From a bacterium (GTDB lineage Bacteria; Electryoneota; JAOADG01): DNA of 64,000 bases. Under the pieces are notes generated by a model that did no database searches, was not told the DNA's origin, and was given only the letters and a program-made list of their open reading frames with translations. Each line of letters begins with the position of its first letter. Within the stretch, counting starts at the first letter, position 1. Shown here in pieces: positions 29,058-37,749 of this stretch. Both the position numbers and the translations under genes were made by a program. The stretch spans positions 1,280,001-1,344,000 of the forward strand of contig OY820579.1 in assembly GCA_963681965.1 (NCBI GenBank). Reading direction: 5' to 3'.

Positions 29058-29966
29058 CTATAGCAACTGACTCTTCATGTTTTCGATAGCCTCGTGACGT
29101 TCCAGCAATTTCTTTGCTGCTTTTAACGTCGGAGGAGAAATAAACCTGCCGTCGACAATAACAATTCCAGTACCCTTTTGAGTTGCGATTTCCGCTTCCC
29201 TCACGAACGTTTTTGCTTCTGCCACATCTTCCGGAGAAGGAGTATAAATTTCGTGAACGATATCGACCTGCTTGGGTGACATGATACACATACCGCTCAT
29301 CCCGATGTCGCGACCGTAGTTAGCAAATGCGCGCAGGGCGTCCATATCGTGGACTCTGACGAATGGCGTGTCGATCGCCTCCAAACCTGCTGCTCGAGCG
29401 GCTAAGGCGATCTGTACCCGAGGGGTATGTAAACTCATTTCGTTAACATTGTGGCGACCTTGTTGTTCGGCGAGGAAATCTTCGCAACCGAACAATAAGG
29501 CACAAGCACGATTCGATGCTTTTGAAAGTGCTTGAGCGTTCAAGATCCCTTCCGGTGTCTCGATCAATACGATCAGCGAGAAATGACCGATCGGTAATCC
29601 CAGCATCATCTCTTTCAATCGAAGTTGGGCATCGAAATTGGTAATATCAGTAACCGTCGCTGTCATCGGATAGACAAACCCGTTAAGCTCTTCACAACTG
29701 ACGGCATCGAGATCGAGTAGCGTGTATCCGGTATCGAGTGGATTGATACGAACGAAAACCGGCTTTTTTCGATACATACCCGAGGTTAGAATTTTACGGA
29801 TTTTAGTGCGCGCTTCCGCTTTATTCGGCTCCGGAACGGCGTCCTCTAAATCGAGTACAACGGCATCGGTGGCTGAATGAACGGCTTTTTCGGCTAACGC
29901 TTCGTTATGTCCGGGTGCAAACAGAAGTGATCGGAAAACCCACGGACCTTTATACGGCTTAGACAT
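29058..29966 (-). CDS. CitE-like acyl-CoA lyase (HpcH/HpaI aldolase/citrate lyase family)
   Basis: RSLLFAPG, LDLEDAV, VRIN, LIETPEG, FGCEDF, AIDTP. Confidence 0.92.
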   Translation of the reverse strand: MSKPYKGPWVFRSLLFAPGHNEALAEKAVHSATDAVVLDLEDAVPEPNKAEARTKIRKILTSGMYRKKPVFVRINPLDTGYTLLDLDAVSCEELNGFVYPMTATVTDITNFDAQLRLKEMMLGLPIGHFSLIVLIETPEGILNAQALSKASNRACALLFGCEDFLAEQQGRHNVNEMSLHTPRVQIALAARAAGLEAIDTPFVRVHDMDALRAFANYGRDIGMSGMCIMSPKQVDIVHEIYTPSPEDVAEAKTFVREAEIATQKGTGIVIVDGRFISPPTLKAAKKLLERHEAIENMKSQLL

Positions 29967-30444
29967 TGAGATTCCTCCGGGATGGAATTAAAACCTTGCG
30001 GCGAAATGTTAAAACTAATTCGTCATTTTGGTTATACGCTTTCGTTTCAACATATAATACACCGCGATCTGGTTTTTTCGTCGAAGGAGTGATGGTCAGT
30101 ACTTCGGTTTCGGCGCGGAGCGTGTCGTGAATGAATACTGGACCATTGTGAACGATGCGTTCGTATTCCAGATTGGCAATTGCGGTACCGGAGATCTCCG
30201 GTACTGTCATCCCGACGATCAAGCTCAATACGTATGGACCAGCGACTAGTATCTGCTTGTGCTGATGTGCTTTGACGTATTCAATGTCGTTGTGCACTGG
30301 ATGGTGATTCATCGTCAACAAGCAAAACAGATTGTTGTCGCTTTCGGTAATCGTTTTATGAGGCCAGTGATGAAACACCTGACCCACGAAAAAATCTTCC
30401 AGATGCCGATGGTAAGCGAGATTTTCTTCAGATTCTTTGCTCAT
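29959..30444 (-). CDS. MaoC-family (hot-dog) hydratase/dehydratase
   Basis: KTITESDNNLFCLLTMNHHPVH, IANL, PVFIHDTL. Confidence 0.92.
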   Translation of the reverse strand: MSKESEENLAYHRHLEDFFVGQVFHHWPHKTITESDNNLFCLLTMNHHPVHNDIEYVKAHQHKQILVAGPYVLSLIVGMTVPEISGTAIANLEYERIVHNGPVFIHDTLRAETEVLTITPSTKKPDRGVLYVETKAYNQNDELVLTFRRKVLIPSRRNLNV

Positions 30445-30474
30445 ATTCGACTCACAAAAAGAGTTAGATGCGTA

Positions 30475-31149
30475 TTATTGACGGTATTTTTCGCTATCGC
30501 CAATAATTTTCGCGGGATTGCCCACGGCAATTTTTCCGTCGGGAACATCGTTCAGTACGACAGCACCCGATCCGACCAAAGCGCGATATCCAATCCGCAC
30601 TTTTTCGCGCAAGGTTGCATTCGTTCCAATATGTGCGCTTTCGCAAACTAAAACATTAGCGCCTAATACGGCATTAGCAGCCACAACTGAAAAATCTTCC
30701 ATGTGGGCATCGTGACCGACGAAGCCGCCGCCGTATACATGACAGAAATTGCCGATCTGAGCACCAAATGAGCAGTTTGCCAGTGGGGCGATGAGAACAC
30801 CGTGACCGATTGATTCAGCCATACCCGTATATGCCAGGGGATGGATTAAATTCGGGAAAATATCCAATGGCAAACCCATCTTCTTCACCCGTTCAGCGCG
30901 TGCCGGACCCATTTTCTGGTTATGGAGAGCAAACACCAATTGATATCCCTTTTGCGCGAAATCCGGAGCTTCATCGGTGCGACCTACGACCGGATATTTT
31001 CCAATCAATCCACCGATATCGGTACCGTCATTCAAAAAACCGGCAATTTCCCAAGTCGGTTTGATCTTATTCAATTCTTCGGCAATCGATATGGCGATTT
31101 GTCCGCCACCATTGCCACCCATCACGACCAATTTTGGTAAACTACTCAT
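30475..31149 (-). CDS. NeuD/PglD-family sugar acyltransferase (hexapeptide repeats)
   Basis: AGFLND, PNLIHP, VGHDA, VGSGAVV..DVP, VGNPAK. Confidence 0.9.
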   Translation of the reverse strand: MSSLPKLVVMGGNGGGQIAISIAEELNKIKPTWEIAGFLNDGTDIGGLIGKYPVVGRTDEAPDFAQKGYQLVFALHNQKMGPARAERVKKMGLPLDIFPNLIHPLAYTGMAESIGHGVLIAPLANCSFGAQIGNFCHVYGGGFVGHDAHMEDFSVVAANAVLGANVLVCESAHIGTNATLREKVRIGYRALVGSGAVVLNDVPDGKIAVGNPAKIIGDSEKYRQ

Positions 31150-31181
31150 CTTTCGACATTCTCCGAATCGATAGGTTGAGG

Positions 31182-31985
31182 TTAATGCGATTTCGACTTT
31201 TCGTCCAATTTAGCTTTAAACGCTTTGTATTCTTCTTTTAGTTTTGGATATTCTGAACCCGGTCCGAAGATACCCGGTCCTTTGATTTTCCACCAGATCC
31301 CCAGCATCTTGATCACATCCAGAATATTCCGAAGAGGTTTCACTGCTTTGCTCTTGCCACCAATGCGGTCACGCATTCCGAACGGCAATTGCATGTAAGT
31401 GATTCCGCTTAACACCATTCGCACGTAGGTTTCGTACGAACCCAGATAGCCGCTCCGCTTCGATGCTAGACGCCGCATCAATTCGACTGGAGCGACTTTC
31501 ATACCTGCAAGATAAACTACCGTAACATTGAACAGAATCACTAAGTATATCCGCCACAGATACGACAATACCACCCGTTTCTTGCCGCGAACACCTTCGT
31601 TGTTGGGAAATCCGAAAATGACGTCGTACTTCCCGATAAACGGGATGAATGCCAAATACGATGACATCAAAAACTGATTGTCGCCCGGAACAGTGGTGTA
31701 ATAGGTTGTGCGCGCGAGTTCCAACCCTTTCCGCAGGTTGTAAAACTGACCAACGTTTTTCGGATGATGGAATGCTTCGACCCATGCAAACTCTTTTACT
31801 AACTTATCGGCAACGGCTTTGGTGCCATCGGTGCTGCCATCGTTCAGAATCAGAATATTCGCTGTGCAATTGACCGATTCCAGCATCTTGTTGATTTCAA
31901 GAATCGTGTCGCGTAATCCACCCTCTTCATTGAAACAGATTACTAGAAAGGTTAAATCTAGTTTTTCCGGTGGTTGATTGCTCAT
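31182..31985 (-). CDS. GT2 glycosyltransferase (polyprenol-phosphate/Dpm1-like)
   Basis: CFNEE, NDGSTDGT, HPKNVG, PGDNQ, R..GKSK. Confidence 0.88.
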   Translation of the reverse strand: MSNQPPEKLDLTFLVICFNEEGGLRDTILEINKMLESVNCTANILILNDGSTDGTKAVADKLVKEFAWVEAFHHPKNVGQFYNLRKGLELARTTYYTTVPGDNQFLMSSYLAFIPFIGKYDVIFGFPNNEGVRGKKRVVLSYLWRIYLVILFNVTVVYLAGMKVAPVELMRRLASKRSGYLGSYETYVRMVLSGITYMQLPFGMRDRIGGKSKAVKPLRNILDVIKMLGIWWKIKGPGIFGPGSEYPKLKEEYKAFKAKLDEKSKSH

Positions 31986-33502
31986 GCGAGGAGTCCTCTG
32001 ACGGACTTAATCAATGCCGATTTGGTAACGGGTTCTTTGTTACCGATAATCGCGACCGCGAGCGCGCCGACCATATTTCCTAGGAACGGCATAATTTCCG
32101 CGGGAAAGCCCGATCTCCACGCCAGTGCAGTCAAAGTAAATACTGCGTCGCCCGCGCCAACGGTGTCGACGATCTGCGTCGCCAAGGCTGGTGCACGGTG
32201 AAAAGCGCCATTTGAATAGAAGACCGATCCGGATGGTCCAAGTGTCACATTGATTTGACGACAATGGATTGCTTCGGTCAATTTCTCGATCAAGGGATCG
32301 ATTGGACCGACTTTGGTTTGGAATGGAAGGCGTATTTCATTTTCGTCGATTGATAAGAAATCGGCTCGAGCATATCGAGTAATGTAATTGAACCCGAAAT
32401 TACTGCTGTTTGTCTGGGCATTCACACAAATCGGTACGTTTTGTTTGATCGCGAATTCGATGATTTTTGGAGTCAACAATCCGTGACCGAAGTCGCCGAT
32501 AATCAGTAAATCGGCATCGCTTAGCACCGAACGTAAAGTTTCAATGACCTCTTGTTCGAGTTCGGAGTCAATTGGATCGTTCTTCAGAAAACCGACTTCG
32601 AACAGTTTCTGATTGTTCGAAGTTAAAAATCGTCGTTTAGTAACAGTATGACTTTCTTTTCGCACTAAGAGATGAGAACCGATTTTAGAATCTATTTTCG
32701 TGCGAGCAAATGAGTCGTGATCATCACGATCGCCAACTACCGTAATCAATGTTACATTCTTGGCAAATTGCGCAGCATGATTGGCAATTGCCAAGATTCC
32801 ACCGGCATACCGTTCTTCTTTGACATATCGAACGGAAATGATCGGTGCTTTTTCGACACGACCCATCGGAACACAATAGCAATATTCATCGATGATCGTA
32901 TCGCCGAGAACAACAACTTTCAGCTCCGCGAATCGTTCGATCAACGCTTCCAAGTCATCGGAACTATATTCCGATCGGAGTTGTTTTACATAATTTTGAG
33001 CTGTTTCAGGTAACAGCGCAAAATTTTGATTGATCAATTTCGTCGAGCTGAACACGATGTCGTGCGTGTAATACACCTTACCGCCGTAAGCCTCGACGGC
33101 ATCGACTTCGCGTTTAATATTACCGGAAATGTCTTTCGAGTGATCCTCGTATTCACCACCTTTGATGTAAATATTCGGATGCAATTCGGTGATTGTTTCA
33201 ATCGATGTCGGCCATTTATTCAATGCCACATAATGAATCATCCGGAGACTAGCCAGTTGTTCCAAGCGCAGTGCTTCCTTGAACAAGGGTCGACCTGGAC
33301 CCTTGTTAACAAAGCGGTCGGGAGTTACCGTGACGATCAAGACATCTGCTTGTTTTGCCGCTTCTTTGAAATGGCGAACATGTCCCGGGTGAACTAGATC
33401 GAAACAACCGTGGCAAAGTGCCACGGTTTTTCCTTCTTCTTGTAACTTTTCAACTAACTTTTTTAACTCATCGAACTCAACAATCCGTTTTAAAGAAGGC
33501 AT
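31982..33502 (-). CDS. HldE-like bifunctional nucleotidyltransferase / PfkB sugar kinase (transferase domain N-terminal)
   Basis: HGCFDLVHPGH, YIKGGEY, SST; C-terminal GDTIIDEY, DFGHG, VDTVGAGD. Confidence 0.9.
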   Translation of the reverse strand: MPSLKRIVEFDELKKLVEKLQEEGKTVALCHGCFDLVHPGHVRHFKEAAKQADVLIVTVTPDRFVNKGPGRPLFKEALRLEQLASLRMIHYVALNKWPTSIETITELHPNIYIKGGEYEDHSKDISGNIKREVDAVEAYGGKVYYTHDIVFSSTKLINQNFALLPETAQNYVKQLRSEYSSDDLEALIERFAELKVVVLGDTIIDEYCYCVPMGRVEKAPIISVRYVKEERYAGGILAIANHAAQFAKNVTLITVVGDRDDHDSFARTKIDSKIGSHLLVRKESHTVTKRRFLTSNNQKLFEVGFLKNDPIDSELEQEVIETLRSVLSDADLLIIGDFGHGLLTPKIIEFAIKQNVPICVNAQTNSSNFGFNYITRYARADFLSIDENEIRLPFQTKVGPIDPLIEKLTEAIHCRQINVTLGPSGSVFYSNGAFHRAPALATQIVDTVGAGDAVFTLTALAWRSGFPAEIMPFLGNMVGALAVAIIGNKEPVTKSALIKSVRGLLA

Positions 33503-33536
33503 TTGTCAATCCTTATAATTCTACTAATATCCGTTG

Positions 33537-33565
33537 AATATAATCCCAACCCCTAAGCATGTCAA
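33537..33565 (-). promoter_or_regulatory. Sigma70-type promoter for the sugar operon
   Basis: TTGACA-N17-TATATT about 35 bp upstream of the ATG at 33502. Confidence 0.7.
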
Positions 33566-33709
33566 GGATTTAAAACAATAATAGTACTACCAAGCCCGTG
33601 TTAATTATTCGTTTCGAACTTGGTCGTACTACTCGGAAGAATGAACATCCAATCGCTACACCGGTTTGAATACTAGGTGAAAAGGGTCCGTTGGATCGGT
33701 GCTTGTCGA

Positions 33710-34318
33710 TCAGTTTGTCTCGGAATTTTTTTCAATAATCCGATCGATCCAATAGTGAAGCAAGGCAGCGTGAGCAGATTCGACAAAACCATAACTGAGA
33801 TCGGGAACAAAAATTGCCAGATCGCTAAGGACTTTTAACTTGTTGTCTGGTTTGAAGCCAGTGAATGATGTCACGAAAACGCCGATTTCGCGTGCTTTTT
33901 CGGCAGCTTTCACGACATTGGGAGAATTTCCGGAACTACTGATTCCAACTAGCATATCACCTGGTTTACTGAACATTTCCAGTGGCGCGGAAAATACTTG
34001 ATCGTACGATAAGTCGTTCGATAGTGCAGTGACCTGACTGATATCGAAGAAAGTCGAAGCACGGACTTTACCATTCTTCCAAAAGTCAAGTGCATAGTGG
34101 CTTGCCATTGCAGCGCTGGCGCCATTTCCGCAAAAATAGATCGTTCCTCCAGCTTTTTTGACCTTAAACGTTTCTACCAGTAGTTCATTAAAGCCCTGTT
34201 GAAGCGAAGATATCGAAGATGCTCGGCTGGTAATCACAGTCTCGGAAAGCTTATTGGATAAGTGTTGCAACCAGTTTTCGATTTGAAGCATTGGAACTCC
34301 GTCGAATAATGAATTCAA
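33710..34318 (-). CDS. gmhA: SIS-domain phosphoheptose isomerase-like protein
   Basis: CGNGASAAMASH, TALSND, ISSSGNSPN, YGFVESAH. Start may be ATG 34291. Confidence 0.85.
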   Translation of the reverse strand: MNSLFDGVPMLQIENWLQHLSNKLSETVITSRASSISSLQQGFNELLVETFKVKKAGGTIYFCGNGASAAMASHYALDFWKNGKVRASTFFDISQVTALSNDLSYDQVFSAPLEMFSKPGDMLVGISSSGNSPNVVKAAEKAREIGVFVTSFTGFKPDNKLKVLSDLAIFVPDLSYGFVESAHAALLHYWIDRIIEKNSETN

Positions 34319-34530
34319 TATATTACTAGAAGCTACATTCGCAAAGTTAAAGCGATGAATGTGAACAGTGATACGAGAGCTAAATCACATCGATTTAATT
34401 GTGATTGAGTAGAAATTCACCAGTAAATACAATGATTGATTAGAATTAAATCGATACGTTTGTCTAGTCATGGATAGACAAAAAATCAATTTCTGACTGT
34501 TGGTAGATCTGAAATCAGATCGATTTCTTA

Positions 34531-34562
34531 CAAGAAAGGGCGGAACTTTCGCTCCACCCTTT
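34531..34562 (-). terminator. Intrinsic terminator after ahcY
   Basis: Minus strand AGGGTGGAGC-GAAA-GTTCCGCCCT followed by TTCTT. Confidence 0.7.
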
Positions 34563-34591
34563 GATTCTGATCGGTAAAAATCGATTATGGA

Positions 34592-35854
34592 TCAGGTGCC
34601 TTCTTGCCATGCGGCGAGATATTCGACTTGTTCCGGAGTTAAGATGTCGATCGTGATGCCCATCGACTTCAACTTCAGAGTTGAAATCCAATTCTCGATA
34701 TCAACCGGGACATCGTGAACTTTCGGGGTGAGCTTGCTGGAATTGTTCTTGATAAATTCCGCCGATAGTGCTTGAGTTGAGAAGCTCATATCCATCACAG
34801 AAGCGGGATGACCTTCTGCTGCGCCAAGGTTGACCAAGCGACCTTCCGCCAATAAGTGCAAACGTCGACCGTCTTCCATCACATAAGTATCTACAAAACG
34901 ACGAGTTGGAATTTTTTCTTTCGCCATCTTTTCCAAACCAATAATGTCAATTTCGATATCGAAGTGACCAGAATTCGCCATGATCGCACCGTGCTTCATT
35001 ACAGCATAATGTTCCGGACGGAGCACATGCTTGTTACCAGTCAAGGTGCAGAAGACATCGCCAATCTTGGCAGCTTCCGACATCGGCATCACCATGAAAC
35101 CGTCCATCGCCGCTTCAATTGCTTTGATTGGGTCGATTTCGGTGACGATAACATTCGCGCCCATGCCCTTCATACGTACCGCAAAACCGCGACCGCACCA
35201 GCCGTAACCTGCGACCACCACAAATTTTCCGGCGATCAAGACATCCGAGGCGCGAATAATACCATCGACTGTGCTTTGTCCAGTACCGTAGCGGTTATCG
35301 AATAAATTCTTGGTTTTAGCGTCATTTACTGCAATTACAGGATACTTCAGAGCGTTATCTTTTGCCATTGCCTTGAGACGGATCACTCCGGTAGTGGTTT
35401 CTTCACAACCACCGGAAATCTTGGCTGCTAATTCCGGATATTCTTTGTGAATCAAAGAAACTAGATCGCAACCATCATCCATCGTTTGGTTTGGATTGAA
35501 TGCAATTGCTGCATGTAAATGCTTGAAATACGACGCATTATCTTCACCTTTGATCGCCATGGTCGGAATATCGAATTCTTTGACCAATGCCGCTGCCACA
35601 TCGTCTTGCGTCGACAATGGATTCGAGGCGACTAGAAATACTTCGGCACCGCCTGTTTTCAGGGTTCGAACCAAATTCGCGGTTTCGGCGGTTACGTGGA
35701 GGCAGCAAGCAATGCGAGAGCCTTTCAGTGGCTGCTCTTTCGCAAATCGTTCACGTAATTGTAACAATACGGGCATGTCTTGTTCAGCCCAGAGAATACG
35801 TCGCTTACCTTCGGTGGCAAGACCGAGATCGCGAACATCGTATAAATCTGTCAT
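34592..35854 (-). CDS. ahcY: S-adenosylhomocysteine hydrolase
   Basis: CLHVTAET, SNPLSTQD, EETTTG, FDNRYGTGQS, GYGWCGRG, GRLVNL, GHP. Confidence 0.98.
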   Translation of the reverse strand: MTDLYDVRDLGLATEGKRRILWAEQDMPVLLQLRERFAKEQPLKGSRIACCLHVTAETANLVRTLKTGGAEVFLVASNPLSTQDDVAAALVKEFDIPTMAIKGEDNASYFKHLHAAIAFNPNQTMDDGCDLVSLIHKEYPELAAKISGGCEETTTGVIRLKAMAKDNALKYPVIAVNDAKTKNLFDNRYGTGQSTVDGIIRASDVLIAGKFVVVAGYGWCGRGFAVRMKGMGANVIVTEIDPIKAIEAAMDGFMVMPMSEAAKIGDVFCTLTGNKHVLRPEHYAVMKHGAIMANSGHFDIEIDIIGLEKMAKEKIPTRRFVDTYVMEDGRRLHLLAEGRLVNLGAAEGHPASVMDMSFSTQALSAEFIKNNSSKLTPKVHDVPVDIENWISTLKLKSMGITIDILTPEQVEYLAAWQEGT

Positions 35855-36041
35855 GATGAAAGTGTAACTTTCTGCGGAATATGGGTCATCATCCCGAACC
35901 GGACCGCACAGAATCGGGACGGCAACTCTTCACCCGCGGCTTTTTGAGCCGATGAGAGATAGGTGTTGAGTTGGTGCCTGTCCACGACGGTACGGGCGAC
36001 TGACCGACGGGGCTTGAATGGGTTGTAGTAATAAGCGGATT

Positions 36042-36070
36042 AGTATACAATGTAAAAAACCGGATTGCAA
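36042..36070 (-). promoter_or_regulatory. Sigma70-type promoter of ahcY
   Basis: TTGCAA-N17-TATACT (spacer ends in TG), about 190 bp upstream of the ATG. Confidence 0.7.
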
Positions 36071-36329
36071 GAGCTGTTTATCCCACGAGTGAAAATATGA
36101 ATTCTTACCGACCGGATCTCGAAATTGAACTATCTAACACACAATAATTAATTAACAATACATAGCTTGTTTTCATGAAATTAGATGACAACGCCTCTCT
36201 AAGGAGGTGGAATCGAGAGATTTGTGAATTAGATTGGGTTCGAGGTCGTAAATCTCGACCATTCGTGTTGTTAATCGGGTTTGATGTTTGTATTTTTGCG
36301 AAATATCACTATGGAGGATATAAATACCG

Positions 36330-37043
36330 ATGGCGACAGGGTCGCGCGGCATGAGTACCCGCGTTATTTTGCTTCCAGGCATGCTCGGCACGATTGCCAA
36401 TGATTGGAAGCCCCACTTTGAAGCCATTCTCGATGCAGGTTTCGAACCGGTCGGAATCGACTGGCCCGGCCATGGCAACGAAGATGCCGACCTCGAAGCA
36501 TTCACGTTGCAATCTCTGGTCGACCATGTTTTGGCTAGAATCGACACAATCACCGATGAGCCAGTATTAATCTGGGGTTATGACCTCGGAGGATATGTTG
36601 CGCTCGAAATTGAGCGACAGCTCCCCGGACGTTGTTCGGCAATCTGGATGCATGCAACGAAGTTCTTTTGGAACGACGACGAGATTGATGCATTTCATGC
36701 CAATAACGATCTGGCAACAATGTCTTCGCACCGCAAAGAGACGTTGGTAAAGATCCACGGCGATCGATGGCAGAAATTGTTGCAGGTTAATCTGGATCTT
36801 TTCGAGGAAATCATCGAATTCGGTTTGACGCTCGACGATTTAGAAGGAATTCGATTACCGGTATTGGTTTCAACCGGCAATCAAGATGAATTTGTTCCGA
36901 CGGAAGACATCGAGCAGTTGGCAGATGAGTTGATTGCGGGAGAACCATCCATTATTCCCGGTGTTCGGCATCCACTGCATTCGACGCGATCGTCGCTGAT
37001 TATTCCGGTAGCGGAAGAATTTTCGCGTCGTGTATTGGTGTGA
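36330..37043 (+). CDS. Alpha/beta-fold hydrolase
   Basis: LLPGMLG, DWPGHG, GYDLGG elbow, GNQDEFV, late His (VRHP). Confidence 0.85.
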   Translation: MATGSRGMSTRVILLPGMLGTIANDWKPHFEAILDAGFEPVGIDWPGHGNEDADLEAFTLQSLVDHVLARIDTITDEPVLIWGYDLGGYVALEIERQLPGRCSAIWMHATKFFWNDDEIDAFHANNDLATMSSHRKETLVKIHGDRWQKLLQVNLDLFEEIIEFGLTLDDLEGIRLPVLVSTGNQDEFVPTEDIEQLADELIAGEPSIIPGVRHPLHSTRSSLIIPVAEEFSRRVLV

Positions 37044-37719
37044 TGAGTCACCGCGCTATGATCGCGAAGAGCTAAAACAGCGAATAAAACTGTTTGACGG
37101 CGATGCTCCCAGAGAAATTGATCTGGATGCAACGCCGTTTGTTGTATCGCTGTGTCGGGAATTTCAAGTTGGGGTTTCATCGCACTTAATCGGAAATTCA
37201 CCGTACAAAGTTGCCAATACGATTTTTTTGGATTTTACCGTCGTTCCCGAACGTCAGAATTGGGCTTTCTGCCATGAATTGGCGCATCTTCTTCTCGGTC
37301 ACGACAATTTAACTACCCCCTCGCTTGCAGAAGAAAATGCGACGAACCATTTAGCCGCCGAACTACTCCTACCGCGTGAACAATTCGGTCTGATTGCGAA
37401 TCAACCATTGAGTCAATTGAAGAACGAATTTCCGCATGCTTCATGGGAAGCGATTCTTCGTCGGAAATTACAATTTGTTTCGGGAATTGGCACGATCTTC
37501 GATGAAGGAAAAATGACCTTTCGCAGTGCCTCTCCAGGGTTATCTTGTCCGCATCAACCACTACCCGATGAATGGCAAACCGCACGAGACGCATTCAATC
37601 AAGCGCAGTCGCTCCAGCGACTTTATAATGCGCTGAAAGTCAATGCCGATTATGTCGATACCGGAAATGGAATACGACGTGTGTTGTTGTGGACAGAGAG
37701 TTTGGAACAATGGGATTAA
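37030..37719 (+). CDS. ImmA/IrrE-family metallopeptidase
   Basis: RQNWAFCHELAHLLLGH...EENATNHLAAELLLP. Confidence 0.85.
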   Translation: MYWCDESPRYDREELKQRIKLFDGDAPREIDLDATPFVVSLCREFQVGVSSHLIGNSPYKVANTIFLDFTVVPERQNWAFCHELAHLLLGHDNLTTPSLAEENATNHLAAELLLPREQFGLIANQPLSQLKNEFPHASWEAILRRKLQFVSGIGTIFDEGKMTFRSASPGLSCPHQPLPDEWQTARDAFNQAQSLQRLYNALKVNADYVDTGNGIRRVLLWTESLEQWD

Positions 37720-37749
37720 GTAGTGAGTCACTTAATTGGTGGGAATCAG

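Noticed and set aside
29023-29289. Long N-terminal extension of the SDR ORF
   Set aside because: Overlaps the CitE-like gene in another frame; the Rossmann motif starts right after ATG 29022.
31982-33502. Reversed HldE domain order and no gmhB in the cluster
   Set aside because: Transferase-first fusions are a known arrangement and the phosphatase can be supplied from elsewhere; not novel alone.
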